Shown: positions 1 to 13,876 of the stretch, in pieces
How the letters are laid out: every line of letters begins with the position of its first letter
How positions within the stretch are numbered: position 1 is the stretch's first letter
Source of the DNA: Eledone cirrhosa
Taxonomy: Eukaryota
Assembly: GCA_964016885.1 (NCBI GenBank)
Contig: OZ024741.1
Location: 133,796,001 to 133,860,000, forward strand
Reading direction: 5' to 3'
DNA length: 64,000 nucleotides
Notes under the pieces: generated by a model
What the model was told of the DNA's origin: nothing
Seen by the model: the letters and a program-made list of their open reading frames with translations, nothing else
The model's database searches: none
Translations under genes and position numbers: made by a program

Positions 1-465
1 ACTGTAAGCCCAGATACCATCAGTGACGTAACTCGGGCATTTTTCAAAGACTCTAGTCTTCGCTGGTGTTATATTCCAACAGCCGTAGCCATCCCAAGTA
101 GGTGGACAGTAAAGCGTGTTATTGTGTGGTGTAAACCTACGGATATGTTGGTGTTGTTCTTGGCAGCATTTCAACGCTGCCAGACAACAAGAGGTCCAAA
201 GATAGCATTTATCGTAGCTATTCATGGCGTTACATAGCTCCGTCATTAAAGTTTCGTTTTCAACATCTGGGGGAGCGCTGTAGTTACTGTTGACAACATT
301 CAAGCTGTAATCGGGTGTATGGTAGAAAATGTCCAGATTTGGAAATAGATAGTAGTAACACATTGTACAAGTGATCAGCTTATATAGGTGGAATGGTTGT
401 GCACCAGATCGATCACGGCAATGAATTGGATACATCGAGGGATTGAGTGTTTGGAGCGATCTAAT
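1..465 (-). CDS. Exon of a class B (secretin-family) GPCR: Cys-rich N-terminal extension plus hormone-receptor (HRM) domain; continues beyond window start
   Basis: Manual translation of the minus strand is open from 465 to 1: ...MYPIHCRDRSGAQPFHLYKLITCTMCYYYLFPN...LCNAMNSYDKCYLWTSCCLAALKCCQEQHQHIRRFTPHNNTLYCPPTWDGYGCWNITPAKTRVFEKCPSYVTDGIWAYS. CPxTWDGxxCWxxTPA...CPxY is the class B GPCR ectodomain signature. The 5' boundary is uncertain (in-frame TAG/possible AG acceptor at 468-466; ATG at 435). Confidence 0.85.
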   Translation of the reverse strand, partial: MRSLQTLNPSMYPIHCRDRSGAQPFHLYKLITCTMCYYYLFPNLDIFYHTPDYSLNVVNSNYSAPPDVENETLMTELCNAMNSYDKCYLWTSCCLAALKCCQEQHQHIRRFTPHNNTLYCPPTWDGYGCWNITPAKTRVFEKCPSYVTDGIWAYS

Positions 466-925
466 CTATTCAGTTTACATATTTATGTCGGGTATGACAT
501 CTAAGTTCTGCCAATGATGAGGTTTACTGGATAATGTTACTGGTATGTTTGATAATGCTTTTCTCCTCCTCACTTCTTGTAGCTTATGGATACATACGCA
601 TGTATGTATGTATGTATGTATGTATGTATGTATGTATGTATGTATGTATGTATGTATATGACTATGGTTATATATATGTGAATGTTCGTGTTTAAGTATA
701 TGAGTTTAAGTATTTATTTCTCTTTCGTTCAATAGAAAGCCCTGCAATGACGTCTTCCATAATGGCACTGCTATTAGAGTAACTTGATACGATCTCTAGT
801 AGAAAATAAAGTCGTCAAACTTTTTCAGGATTTCAGTAGGTAATTCCAGAATCTCAATTATGTACCTATATGTAAAAAATAAAGTACATATATATAGTAT
901 GGTGAATATATATTACATATTATGT

Positions 926-954
<29 letters not shown>

Positions 955-959
<5 letters not shown>

Positions 960-1662
960 AACCAGTAAGACCCCGACAGCGTCTCTTTAGTATTTTGGCC
1001 CCTTTTGTTGACCAGTCACCGTATCATTTACGTACTTATACCTCTTAAAAGGGTCCTTGCTTAATTCGTCCCACCTAGTTCTTTTACTTATTTCCTTATT
1101 TATTTATTTATTTATTTATTTACTTCTTTCTTTCTTTCTTTATTTTATTCTCGCCTAACAATAGCCTGACACCTAGGTCGTAGAATTTAATTTTTTCTTT
1201 ACACTTTTTTGCTTTTCTTCACTCTCAGTATTTTTTCTTTCCTATTTTTACCCCCCATTGTTCTACCTACCGTTCCGACTTCCTCCCCCTCCCCCTCCCC
1301 TGTATCTTCTTTGACCTCATGCCCAGCTGTAGCTGGCACTACCAACGCTTGATTGGGTCTACTCCACCCCCTCCCCTCTTTCTCCTACTGGCAGGTTTAG
1401 CCACCATCTCCCCTACTAATTTGCAACCACAGAATTACTACTGATTTTTGACAATCACTTTGACCATATATGGAATTACCCCTTGAGAAGATCGGCTATT
1501 TAAATACCAGGATAAATGTTCATTTAGTCCAGAATTAGCCGTCGAAACGGCTTGAGCTCAGCTGTCGGGGTCTTACTGGTTCCTATTACCCACTCTACTA
1601 CCTCAAGTATTGAGTACTTTGGTGCGTTATGGTCCACCTGGTTCCTTACCACATTTCCTTCG

Positions 1663-1665
<3 letters not shown>
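955..1665 (+). mobile_element. Non-coding PLE pseudo-LTR-like element in (TA)n with a short inverted terminus
   Basis: Flanked by (TA)n on both sides. 955-980 is the exact reverse complement of 1561-1586. The 3' part matches 54786-54963 and 55815-55915 in reverse. Contains an HHR motif. Confidence 0.7.
1478..1571 (+). ncRNA. Type I hammerhead ribozyme, U3-A8 core variant, long stem II
   Basis: Stem I ACCCC/GGGGT; core TTGAGAA; stem II GA(T)CGGCTA...TAGCCGTC; GAAA; stem III ACGGCT/AGCTGT; GUC cleavage triplet ending at 1566. Confidence 0.75.
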
Positions 1666-1696
<31 letters not shown>

Positions 1697-1759
1697 TAGA
1701 AAGTAAGGTTTTTTTACAAAATTAAAAATAACCGAGGTGTCCTACACGACTGAAAGTAT

Positions 1760-2012
1760 GAAGAAAAAAAGATGAAATCGAAAATGCAACTGGAGTCTTA
1801 TTTAAAAAAATATATATATATTTATTTGGTTCCTTTACCGATTTCGCAGTTCTTCTGCTCACAGAGATGTGAGAAAAACCACAGTCCCTCCATCTCAACT
1901 CTACTTTTGAAAAGCAGAAGAACTGTGAAACCGGTAAAGGAACCAAATAAATATATATATTTTTTTTAAATAAGACTCCAGTTGCATTTTCAATTTCATC
2001 GTTTTTTCTTTA
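1760..2012. repeat. Fold-back pLTR fragment (arms about 100 bp) between (TA)n tracts
   Basis: 1760-1859 is a near-perfect reverse complement of 1913-2012. Confidence 0.85.
1904..1939 (+). ncRNA. Minimal hammerhead-like motif, U3-A8 variant
   Basis: CTT TTGAAAA GCAG-aagaa-CTGT GAAA CCGG TA AAG; palindromic stem III ACCGGT; stem I is only 3 bp. Confidence 0.5.
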
Positions 2013-2166
2013 TATATATACATATATACATATATATACATACATGTATATATACGTATGCATACATACACACATGTGTATATGTATATATGTATATATA
2101 TATACATATATATATAAATATATAAAAATATACATATATATATAACATATATATATATGTATATGT

Positions 2167-2243
<77 letters not shown>

Positions 2244-2950
2244 TATTGAAGTTTGCTTGAAGCATTGTGGAACAATAAGTAAATATTTATAAGTCGTTTG
2301 GAAGCCTCGATAATGCAAATGGGTAAATCTCCGGGTAACAAGGTCCGGTGGTGGAGAGAGAGATATGTAAGTGGGTGTACGTTGAGATGCGTGGTGTGTA
2401 TAAGATGTGTGAGATGTGTAGAATGAAGGGAAGAGTAAAAGAATAAAAATAATAATAACAACACAAGAGAGAGAGTTACCTTGGGAGAGATTTAATAGTC
2501 CCTATATATTTCGGATTCACATCCATCAACTGGGGTTTTTTCCGGGGTGGGGGAAAAGGTTGTCTGTCGGACAACTCGGAACGTGACTTTCGCTGTTTGT
2601 TGATTTGAATATCTGAGGTATTCGGCTGAGTGCGCGTGCGCGTGAAATGGGGTCGGTCGTACAGAGGTCAGCGGCCGAATGAGGGAGTGGGATGGCGCTA
2701 GCTGTCAGTCCATTCTCTGCCTGTTTGTTAAATGTTACTGTGTGTGTGTGTGCGTGTGTTGCTGTCTCGCTTGAGTGTGTGTGTGTGTGTGTGTGTGCGT
2801 GTGATGTTGCCTTGTTCATCTGTATTGGCAGTGTAGTATGTTCGTATGGTGGAATGCTACTGTGTGTGTGTGTGCGTGTGTGTGTGTAGTTGTCTCGTTT
2901 GCGTGTGTGTGTATGTGCGTGTGTTGTGTGTTGTTGCATCGCTTGTTAAA

Positions 2951-3978
2951 TTAAACCAGCCATTTCATTTCGCTTCTCTCTAATCGGTTGTTTATTTGCG
3001 GTTGCAGTTGTTTGATAAGAAGCGCTTCCTTAATACGTAACGTGCCGACGTTTCTTTCAGTCGCTAGAATTGTGACAATGGGCCTTCCGTCTTTGTTTCC
3101 GCATTTGTCTATGTGTTTCCGGAAAGACGAGGCCCTGGTTTTAATGTGTTCCTTGATCCGGATGTGCAAAGGTCGAATTGTGCTACCTATGTAGTATTGG
3201 TTGCACCTGTCACATTCTATCTTATACACGACGTATGTGCGTAGGCAACAGTTAGCATGGCGTATCGGGCAGTCTCTGAGGGAGCATGCGTCAGTAGATT
3301 TTTCGGGTTTTCTGGAGAGGCATCTTCGCAGGGAGGGGCCCGAGTGGGCCAGGTGGATGTCGAGGCCCTCCCTCCGTATAGCCTTGCGGATAGCGTTGGT
3401 GGTTTTCTCGCCCAGGTGTGGCATTTTAAGGAAGCACTTGCCTTGGGTGCTTCTCTGTCTCTTGCGTCTGGTGTCTCCTATTCTGTCTGTGATCGAGGTA
3501 GGGTACCCGTTCGTCTCCAGCACCTCGAGGAATCGCTTGGTATGAGTGACACCACTCGCGGGATCGCTGCATCTGTTTTTGATTCGCGCGATCTCGTTCG
3601 TGATGTATCCTCTTTTGGCACTGTTAGGGGGGGGGGGCAGACTTGTAGTGAACGAATAGGTCCCTGCAGGCTGCCTTTCTGTAGAAGTTGCAGTGGATCC
3701 CTCCTTGTTCCGTGATGTTGATTCGGAAGTCGAGGAGGGCAAGTGACCCGTCTTCGTTGGGGTGTTCAACACTGAAGTCAATGTTCTCGTCCGTGTTGTT
3801 GAACGTCTCGTAGATTCTGTTCGCCGTGTCTTGGGAAGATGTGAGGATGAGGATATCGTCCACGTATCTTGAGAAAAAGGCTACGGCGTTGGGGTGGCAG
3901 GCGTTGAGAGCCTTTCGTTCGAGGTTGTCCATGTAGGAGATCGCTAGCAAACCTGATAGACTTGATCCCATCGGCAAT
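2951..3978 (-). pseudogene. PLE RT (GLPMGS, RYVDD) plus GIY-YIG endonuclease (VVY...YIGST...RIKEH); frameshift at the G-run near 3627-3638
   Basis: ORFs 3624..4016 and 2951..3781 join at the homopolymer. The first residues of the 4016 ORF come from the inverted pLTR. Confidence 0.9.
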
Positions 3979-4128
3979 CCCTCATTCGGCCGCTGACTCT
4001 GTACGACCGACCCCATTTCACGCGCACGCGCACTCGGCCGAATACCTCAGATATTCAAATCAACAAACAGCGAAAGACGCGTTCCGAGTTGTCCGACAGA
4101 CAACCTTTTCCCCCACCCCGGAAAAAAA

Positions 4129-4164
4129 CCCCAGTTGATGGATGTGAATCCGAAATATATAGGG
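4129..4164 (+). ncRNA. Hammerhead-like motif with atypical core (second copy at 2500-2535, minus strand)
   Basis: CCC CAGTTGA T GGAT-gtga-ATCC GAAA TATA TA GGG. Topology fits a minimal type I HHR, but the core has A4 and U6. Confidence 0.45.
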
Positions 4165-4382
4165 ACTATTAAATCTCTCCCAAGGTAACTCTCTCTCTTG
4201 TGTTGTTATTATTATTTTTATTCTTTTACTCTTCCCTTCATTCTACACATCTCACACATCTTATACACACCACGCATCTCAACGTACACCCACTTACATA
4301 TCTCTCTCTCCACCACCGGACCTTGTTACCCGGAGATTTACCCATTTGCATTGTCGAGGCTTCCAAACGACTTATAAATATT

Positions 4383-4432
<50 letters not shown>

Positions 4433-4525
4433 TAGTAAAGTTTTTAACTTTACCTGAAGCCGGTAAAGTCATAAATGATTGTAAATAAACCTTCTGAAAG
4501 ACTACAATTGCATTTTCAACTTCTA

Positions 4526-4646
<121 letters not shown>

Positions 4647-4924
4647 ACGTTGATAACTTTGATAGATTTCAGCTAGTATTGGCTCTGGCCATGTCCAACT
4701 TAATCGCATCATCTGGCTCATATATATATATATAGAATGTAGAAACATCAACCAACATATTACCATTACCATTAAAGCCAGTGATAGAAATGTGGGCAAC
4801 TTAAGGAAGCCTTGCCCATATGTAGACTCAACCCGCACATAAATAGTAGATTAGAACTCAGCACACAGTACTTGACATAAAAAGAGACACCCACAGGCAC
4901 ACAAACTAAGCATCTCATACAAAA

Positions 4925-5330
4925 ATTTGCTTGGTAAGAAGGGTGAATTTGGACACCCTGCGGGATGAAAAATAAATCCCGTCAAAGGGCGGAGGAACTC
5001 AGGTGAGTCAACGGCCATCCAATAAAGTTTTTATTTTTGTAGAGCAAGAGACTCCTAGTCTTTATTAAGACATCTCTCTAGGAGAAGATCACTCTGATAT
5101 AAAACCTGCGACTTCGTTTACATCCAATGATGTAGACCAGTTCTTCTTTTTGGGCAAATGCATTCTTTGTTCAGAGAGCGGGATTGGCCCTATGCAAAGC
5201 CTTTCTTCACTTAAAAAAGCTTCAAGCACAGGCATCGCTTCATATGTGACATTTTTTGTATGTATGTTATTGCTGGGCATAGGCAAGTCCCTAGCAGGAT
5301 TAAAAAGCTATGTCCGTGATGCTTATGCTT
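4925..5330 (+). mobile_element. Diverged RTE-derived short element related to 39208-39879
   Basis: Shares ttggtaagaagggtgaatt...gtcaaaggg and the KSLAGLKS-coding segment with the 39-40 kb and 62-63 kb elements. Confidence 0.55.
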
Positions 5331-5650
5331 AAGTATCAAGCAATGGCATTCTGCCATTTGTAATACACATATTTCCAATAAAACCAGAAATAATCGAAAG
5401 AATAATTTCTTTTGATTAAAAAAAAACACGGCTCTGATTCTGAATAACTTACCCAGGTCACCTCATATTGTCATGAGTTGGACCTCCATCTTCAACACCA
5501 TCATCAAGTACCTGCAATTGGTGAAGGCAGTCGATAGCGTGCCACTCTAGGGATTTTCGCAGTCAATAGTCGCCACTGGTCTGTATCATGCGTAGAAGGA
5601 TCGCAGTGTTGTGTCCTGGCTAGTCCTTCATGTCAGACAAGAATTTTCTT

Positions 5651-5780
<130 letters not shown>

Positions 5781-6030
5781 TTCAATGATTAATTAGCAAA
5801 TTAGAAGTATGTCACTTGCGTCATCAAAGCTAATTAAAGTGGATGCAGCATTAAGCACTCCACATCAGTTGCACCCTTCCATAAATGATATAGGTCTATA
5901 TAAGTTGAAACATAACGGAATATTGATAAAAAGGATGACCACGAAGACAGAGAGTTATTTTTCCATATTTTAGTTAATTCAATAAAATATCGTCATGTGT
6001 ATTTCCGGATATGTCTGTTGGCCGTTAAGT

Positions 6031-6062
6031 ATTACATTTCGGGCAGCATGCCTTCATCAAAC
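6031..6062 (-). ncRNA. Degenerate minimal hammerhead motif in a pLTR remnant
   Basis: Minus strand reads GT TTGATGA A GGCA-tgc-TGCC C GAAA TG TA AT; C3>U and weak stem I. Confidence 0.4.
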
Positions 6063-6334
6063 GGTTGGCTAATATAATATAAGAAACCCAATTTTGGAGA
6101 TATATTGGACGGAAAATTGTCCGAAACAGTACATTCGAAATTGATCCATCATGTGTGATAGTAGTATTAATAAGCTTTTAGCTGTCAGCGTTAGTGGGTG
6201 TGATCTATATTTCGTGGTCGGTTCATAATTATCTTTGAATATGTAGTGAATGTTTGTTTTAATTGATCGATTTTTCACTTTGATTTATGCATATTCTCTA
6301 ATCTAATTTGTGTGTGTGTGTGTGTGTATGTGTG

Positions 6335-6417
<83 letters not shown>

Positions 6418-6684
6418 CGGTATAGATATATATAGTTATGTGACGTTCATTAGCCTGTAGCAGACTTTAACTTATCTGACGTTGGTCATTAGCTATTTAC
6501 TGATTCCTGACTTTTTTTTATGGCAGATGTTGCTTGGAATTTGGACAAATAAATCGTTAATAGGGGTTGCAGCATTGTGCATTCGACTAAAATGGATTTT
6601 CAGCTCAGTAGCAGACATGTTTATTTTTAAACATTTCCGGTAACAGTCTTCAAGCACGTCTCAATGTATTGCAACATACCTTTA

Positions 6685-6856
6685 TACCCTTAAACATGTA
6701 GGACAGTCGTGCCCAAGCGTGCAGTACAACAGATCTGTATATCTTTAAACATGTAACAAGAGTGCTCAAGCGTGCAACAGATCTGTATACCTTTAAACCT
6801 GTAGGACAGCCGTGCTCTAGCGTGCAACAGATCTGTATACCTTTAAACATGTAGGG
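6685..6856. repeat. Minisatellite, about 3 diverged copies of a 55-60 bp unit
   Basis: tacctttaaacatgtaggacagtcgtgc...gcgtgcaacagatctg repeated. Confidence 0.8.
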
Positions 6857-8355
6857 CAAGTGTTCACACGTATCTCAATGAATTGCATGTAAACGAAGGT
6901 ATTGTTTTGAACTCCCGCCACGTGTGTTTTCCTGGTTGTCAAGGCAGACTTTTGAAAGTAGGGTTTGGATATGGAACGTGAGATCAATTCTGGTCCATCT
7001 TCTGATCACATTCATTGAATAGCTTAGCAATATTTGTATCAAACTTGAATCCACTATGCAAAGGAAAGCTACAAACAACCTGACTAGATACGACGATACG
7101 AATAACAACATCAACATTAGTAACAAACCTAAGAAAGGCAACGCCATAAAAGACAAATAAATTTTACTAGAAATAGAAAAATTGAAATTATAAGACTTAG
7201 GCGGAGATCTAAATAGATTTATCATATAAACTCAATAATAACTTCTGTTATTGATATAAAAAAGCATCAAAATACAAAAGAAAACACCTGTTGACTATAT
7301 GAATAGAATGAAAATATATTTTGTCTGTCTTCACATTAAACTCAATTAATTCTCAGTGAAACAACTCCGGCAGCAAGCAACATTTGTTGAACGTACGAAA
7401 AAGGTTTTAATTATATTTTCATCTTACAAACTGAGAACAGTCCGAAAATCACAATACAAAAATAACATATTCGGGTTCATAGAACACACATGTCTACAGC
7501 AATTATGATACCAGTGGCAAGTAGAAGGTGGCGGTGGATAATCGGCATTGTTAGAACGTTAAATGAAATGTATTGCTGTATTTATTTCGATTCTCTTTTA
7601 CACTGAGTTCAAATCCCGCCGCGGTTAACTTTATTTTTCATTCTTTCAAGGTCGATGATTAATGTCCCAGTTCAATACTTGGACGATTCTTCCTCTACAT
7701 TTCTCACTCTCTCTCTTTCCCCCTCTCTCTTTCTCCCACTCTTCCTTTCACCTCTCTCTCTCTCTTGAAAGAAATTGGCTGTGTTCCGGCCTAAAGAGAA
7801 ATATGTTTCGACAGTTTTAAATGCCAAAGACACATCGTATGTCACCCCCCCCTATAACTCTATCAGGAATTAAGGGTCCATACATGGAGGTACTATGTCA
7901 GTTTACTGAAAGGCTGCCTGTCAACATGTATTGTAGCATATTCGGAATCAATGCACGAAACGTACCCAAGAATAGGTCTAACTTCCAAGATTTTTTTTTT
8001 ATCATTGAAGTAAAGCACCAGTAATTCACTGAGGTCGATTAATCGACTTTCCACTCCCTTAAAGTTGTAGGCCTTCTGTCTAACTCAAACACCATTATTT
8101 ACAATACAATTTCGTTCCTCTGTATTTCGTCCTTCCTGTCTATAAATACAACAGGGAATTTTTATCAGAAATATTTGGCAAGAGCATGTATTAATGGCAC
8201 GTATTAATGTGAAAGTACAAAATCAATAAATTGTGTTGTTTTGCTACGTATAATTTAATTAAATGATGTATTGGAGAAATATCAGTTTATTGGGTAGGGA
8301 AAAGATAATCTAAATTCATATCTACACAGAAATACACATTAATAAAAACACTACA

Positions 8356-8471
<116 letters not shown>

Positions 8472-9686
8472 AAAGTTTTATTTAAATTGTTGGGATACAA
8501 CAAGCAGATATTTTTATAACTGATATAAAGCACTCGACAAATATTTGGAGTAGATATACGATATTAATAAATGGAAACTATATTTATAAAACCATATTTA
8601 TTTCATTATATATATTTCAAGGATACCAAGTTACATTATGGTATGCCTTCATCAGACAAAATACAATATATAACAGTTTTATAAATAGACATTGACGTAC
8701 CCCTTTTAAAAATTGACCGTTGTATTTGGAGGCCATCAGGATAGTGATTTGTTTACTTTAGTAAGTCATAGTGTTAAGAGTAAGTAAAAAGATGGAGAGA
8801 GAGAAACATGGAGAAAAGAGAGGGAGAGATAGATAAAGAAAAAGAAGAAAACAAAAAGAAAAGAGAACAGAGGAAAAATAACGGGGAGATATCAAACCAT
8901 CAGACAGAGAAAAAAATCCAGAGAGAGACATATAGAGATAGAGAGAGGGGGGAGAGAACGAAAGCCCTAAGTTATGTCATATTAAGTTGAGTTAACAATT
9001 GGGATGAAAAGCATAAATAAAATTAGAAATATTAATATTCATGAATGGAATATAGATATATAATATGAGAAATTACACATTGTTTAATTATGATTAGATA
9101 TTTAGTTTAAAATTGAGATCAATATATTAAAAATTGGAATTTAAACATTATAAAATATATATATTGCTAGAGAGATTATCAATCTCATATTACATACACA
9201 TAGGCAAAGGTACATAAATATATATATATACACACTCACTCAGAAAATACACATTATATCTACTCCCGCACATAATATACATATACAAAGCATAAGTGAT
9301 TTTTTGCCATACATTCCCTGTGTTATTAATTAAAAATTAAAAGTTTTTAGTATATATATATAAATATATAGCTATACATGAATAGATATGTGTGTGCATC
9401 TTCAATTGGTATACACGCGTCACTCATGCATATATACAGACAGACATATAATCATAAAAAAGCATATAACACATGTATATGTATGTCAACACACACATAT
9501 AGATACATTAGCCGTATATAGATATAATCAACATATAACATAGTACAATTGAGTATATAAAATATAAAAGGATTATATTTTGGAAATATAATTATATCAA
9601 TATAACTTAAAAAGCAAACGAATTCTACAAATATCAAAATATTAAAATATCCCAAAATATTATAGAATATTTTAAGTTAAAATAAT

Positions 9687-9860
9687 TGTTTCTACTTTTA
9701 GCACAAGGCCAGCAATTACCCAGTGCATTACTGGTACTTTATTTTATCGACCCCGTAAGGATGAAAGGCAAAGTCAACCTCGGCGGGATTTGAACTCAGA
9801 TTGTAAAGGGACGTAACTATGCTGGAAAGCATGGCGTCCGACTCTCTACCGATACTGCTA
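9687..9860 (-). mobile_element. tRNA-derived SINE nested in the left arm of family D, TSD AAAATAAT
   Basis: Absent from the right arm (12610-12620). TSD at 9679-9686 and 9861-9868. B box GAGTTCAAATC. Confidence 0.9.
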
Positions 9861-10071
9861 AAAATAATATGTTTAATATATTTAGTATAGAAATTAATCT
9901 TACGTATATTTTAATCAAGATATTGAAAGGACGAACTTTTGAAAATTATGAGAAGCTCTCAGAATAAAAATAAATCTAATAAAAATTATGAGAAGCTATC
10001 AGAATAAAAACAAATCTAATAAAAACAAATCTAATAAAAATTAAAAATAAAATGAATCTAATAAAAAAAAA

Positions 10072-11836
10072 ATGTATAATGCATGTATAATGCATGAACT
10101 AGACATTGAAAATAAAACACAACCCTTCATGCCAAGGAAACCTAAGATCAATATGAAGGATCATAAAAGAAACTTTGAAAATGATTTACCAGTCAGATTA
10201 ATTGCACCATCTAAATCTGACCTGGGCAGACTTAGCAAAAATATTCTAGACAGAGTAATACAACAAATTAAGAATTTACCTAATTTATCTTACTTAAAAT
10301 TATGGAAAGGGACTAGTGAGGTTATCGATTGGTTTAAAGAAATTAAATATAACTATAATAATAAGTTTATTCAGTTGGATATTGCTAACTACTACTCATC
10401 TATCACTCCTAATCTACTGAATAAGGCACTAACTTACGCATTTAAACATACAGACCTAACTAGAAATGAAATGCACATTATATTATCGGCACGGAAAACA
10501 TTAATAGAATTTAATAACCAACTCTGGACTAGGGCAGATAGAAATAATAATTTCGACATAACTATGGGATCTTCAGACTCAGCTCAGGTAACGGACCTTG
10601 TGGGCCTATTTATAATTAATTCTCTACATAGAAAAATACCAGATGTAACCGGAGGCTTATATCGTGACGACATGCTTTTACTTATAGAAAATAATAGCTG
10701 TGAACTAAATAGAAAAAGAAAACAAATTATACAATTTTTTAATTACCTTAATCTAAAAGTAGAAATAGAGAATAACCATAAAATAGTCAATTTTCTAGAT
10801 GTAACACTAAATCTCAACACATATCTTCATTATCCATTTCACAAACTAAATGAGAACTTAAATTATGTCAATTTTAACTCTAATCACCCCCAGATCCGTT
10901 AAAAATACTATAGTGAACTCTGTTCAAAAACGAATTTCAAGAATTGCATCTAATAAGAATATATTTGATGAAAAAGCGCATTATTACAATGAAGCGTTAG
11001 GTAGAGCTGGGTATAGAAATAAAATTAAATACATCGATAATAATAATAATATACAAAATAACCAAAATAATAACAACTTTAATTATGGTAACAATTTCAA
11101 CAACCATAATAGAAAATATTACTATAACTCCGAAAGCCGAAAAAGAAATAGAACTAGGAATATATTATGGTTCGCTCCCCCTTTCTCACTAAATATTAAA
11201 ACCCCTATTGCTAAACTATTCTTTAAAGCTCTTGACAAACGATTCCCTAGAACACATAAATATTACTCAATCTTTAATAGACATACTATAAAATTAACCT
11301 ACTCTTCCACCAAAAATTTAGCGCAAAATATTAATAGAATTAATAATAGAAATTTAGAACCTAACCAAAACACCAATAATAAACCAAGCAATATTCAATC
11401 GAATAACTGTAACTGTAGAAATAAATCCAACTGTCCGTTAAATAACAACTGCTTAGCTAAAAATGTAGTTTATAATTGTAATGTTAAAACTAATTTAAAT
11501 TCATTTAACTATGTCGGTTCTACCTCTACAGAATTTAAATCCCGCTTCAATAATCATAAAAATTATTTTACAGATCCAAACAAAAAATCTTCAACTTCGT
11601 TATCTAGCCTATTCTGGGACCTAAAACGAGATAATGTTGAATATTCGCTGATTCGGAATATTATTTCAAAAGCTACTCCTTTTAATTCCTCTTCAGAAAA
11701 TTGTGACATTTGTATAGAGGAAATATTTTTTATATTAAAGACCAAAAATTCCCTTAATTTAAGGAATAATTTATTCAGTTGCTGCAGACATAGATTGAAC
11801 TCAACGTTTAAATATAAATATAAATTTAAAATGTAG
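10072..11836 (+). pseudogene. PLE RT (QLDIANYYSSI, MGS, YRDD) plus CNC linker and GIY-YIG endonuclease; one frameshift near 10890
   Basis: ORFs 10072..10902 and 10865..11836; motifs CNCRNKSNCPLNNNCL, VVY, YVGST, CDICIEE, SCCRH. Possibly Hydra-clade PLE (inference). Confidence 0.9.
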
Positions 11837-13732
11837 TTTAATTAATTAAGTAATTTAGTTAATATATCTAACCTGTCGATAAATCATTAGATTCCTTCAC
11901 CTTTTTCATTTTCTTTGGTTAAGTACCCAAGTATAAATTTTCTTCATAAATATAATTATAAATATAATAAACTATTCTAGAAAAGTTTATCCTTTCAATA
12001 TCTTGAATAAAATATGCGTAAGATAAATTTCTATACTAAACATATTATTTTAGCTTAAAATATTCTATAACATTTTAAGAGTTTTAACATTTTTTTTAAT
12101 TTTTAAATATTTTTGAAATTTTAAAGATTTAAAAAAAATTTTTTTGAAATTTTTTTTGAAATTTTTAAAAATTTTTTAAAATTTTTTATAATTTTTTTTT
12201 AATTTTTAAAATTTTTTAAAATTTTTAAACATTTTTTTTAATTTCTTTATTTTTTATTTTTTATTTTTATTTTTAAACTTTTTAATATTTTGATATCTGT
12301 ACAATACTTGTTTTTTAAGTTATATTGATATAATATTTTATTTTTTATTAGATTTATTTTTTATTAGATTCATTTTTTTTTTTATTAGATTCATTTTATT
12401 TATTTTTTTTTTTTTTATTAGATTCATTTTATTTTTTATTTTTATTAGATTTGTTTTTATTAGATTTGTTTTTATTCTGATAGCTTCTCATAATTCTTAT
12501 TAGATTTATTTTTATTCTGAGAGCTTCTCATAATTTTCAAAAGTTCGTCCTTTCAATATCTTGATTAAAATATACGTAAGATTAATTTCTATACTAAATA
12601 TATTAAACATATTATTTTAACTTAAAATATTCTATAATATTTTGGGATATTTTAATATTTTGATATTTGTAGAATTCGTTTGCTTTTTAAGTTATATTGA
12701 TATAATTATATTTCCAAAATATAATCCTTTTGTATTTTATATACTCAATTGTACTATGTTATATGTTGATTATATCTATATACGGCTAATGTATCTATAT
12801 GTGTGTGTTGACATACATATACATGTGTTATATGCTTTTTTATGATTATATGTCTGTCTGTATATATGCATGAGTGACGCGTGTATACCAATTGAAGATG
12901 TACACACATATCTATTCATGTATAGCTAAGAATTATGGATGTGAATGTACAGGCTTACACATGCAGTTTTTTATTGCACATATGCATAACTTAACAGCCA
13001 TAAATGCATGAAAGTTAATCCTATATATTTATATATATATACTAAAAACTTTTAATTTTTTTAATTAATAACACAAGGAATGTATGGCAAAAAATCACTT
13101 ATGCTTTGTATATATATATTATGTGCGGGAGTAGATGTAATGTGTATTTTCTGAGTGAGTGTGTATATATATTTATGTACCTTTGCCTATGTGTATGTAA
13201 TATGCGATAGATAATCTCTCTAGCAATATATATATTTTATAATGTTTAAATTCCAATTTTTAATATATTGATCTCAATTTTAAACTAAATATCTAATCAT
13301 AATTAAACAATGTGTAATTTCTCATATTATATATCTATATTCCATTCATGAATATTAATATTTCTAATTTTATTTATGCTTTTCATCCCAATTGTTAACT
13401 CAACTTAATATGACATAACTTAAGACTTTCGTTCTCTCCTCCCTCTCTCTATCTCTATATGTCTCTCTCTGGATTTTTTTCTCTGTCTGATGGTTTGATA
13501 TCTCCCCGTTATTTTTCCTCTGTTCTCTTTTCTTTTTGTTTTCTTCTTTTTCTTTATCTATCTCTCCCTTTCTTTTCTCCATGTTTCTCTCTCTCCATCT
13601 TTTTACTTACTCTTAACACTATCACTTACTAAAGTAAACAAATCAATATCCTGATGGCCTCCAAATACAACGGTCAATTTTTAAAAGGGGTACGTCAATG
13701 TCTATTTATAAAACTGTTATATATTGTATTTT

Positions 13733-13760
13733 GTCTGATGAAGGCATACCATAATGTAAC
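13733..13760 (+). ncRNA. Hammerhead-shaped motif with GAAA replaced by ATAA (also 8630-8657 minus; related copies near 43355 and 44260)
   Basis: GT CTGATGA A GG-cata-CC ATAA TG TA AC. Confidence 0.35.
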
Positions 13761-13830
13761 TTGGTATCCTTGAAATATATATAATGAAATAAATATGGTT
13801 TTATAAATATAGTTTCCATTTATTAATATC

Positions 13831-13876
<46 letters not shown>

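Larger units (their letters stand above)
2239..4385 (-). mobile_element. Penelope-like element family A, 5'-truncated, with an inverted pLTR copy of about 410 bp
   Basis: RT and GIY-YIG ORFs on the minus strand. 2279-2686 is inverted at 3978-4385. (TA)n flanks both sides. Confidence 0.92.

Noticed and set aside
4447-4470. ACTTTAC CTGAAG CCG GTAAAGT hammerhead-like hairpin
   Set aside because: It has no stem II or GAAA; at best it is a collapsed remnant.
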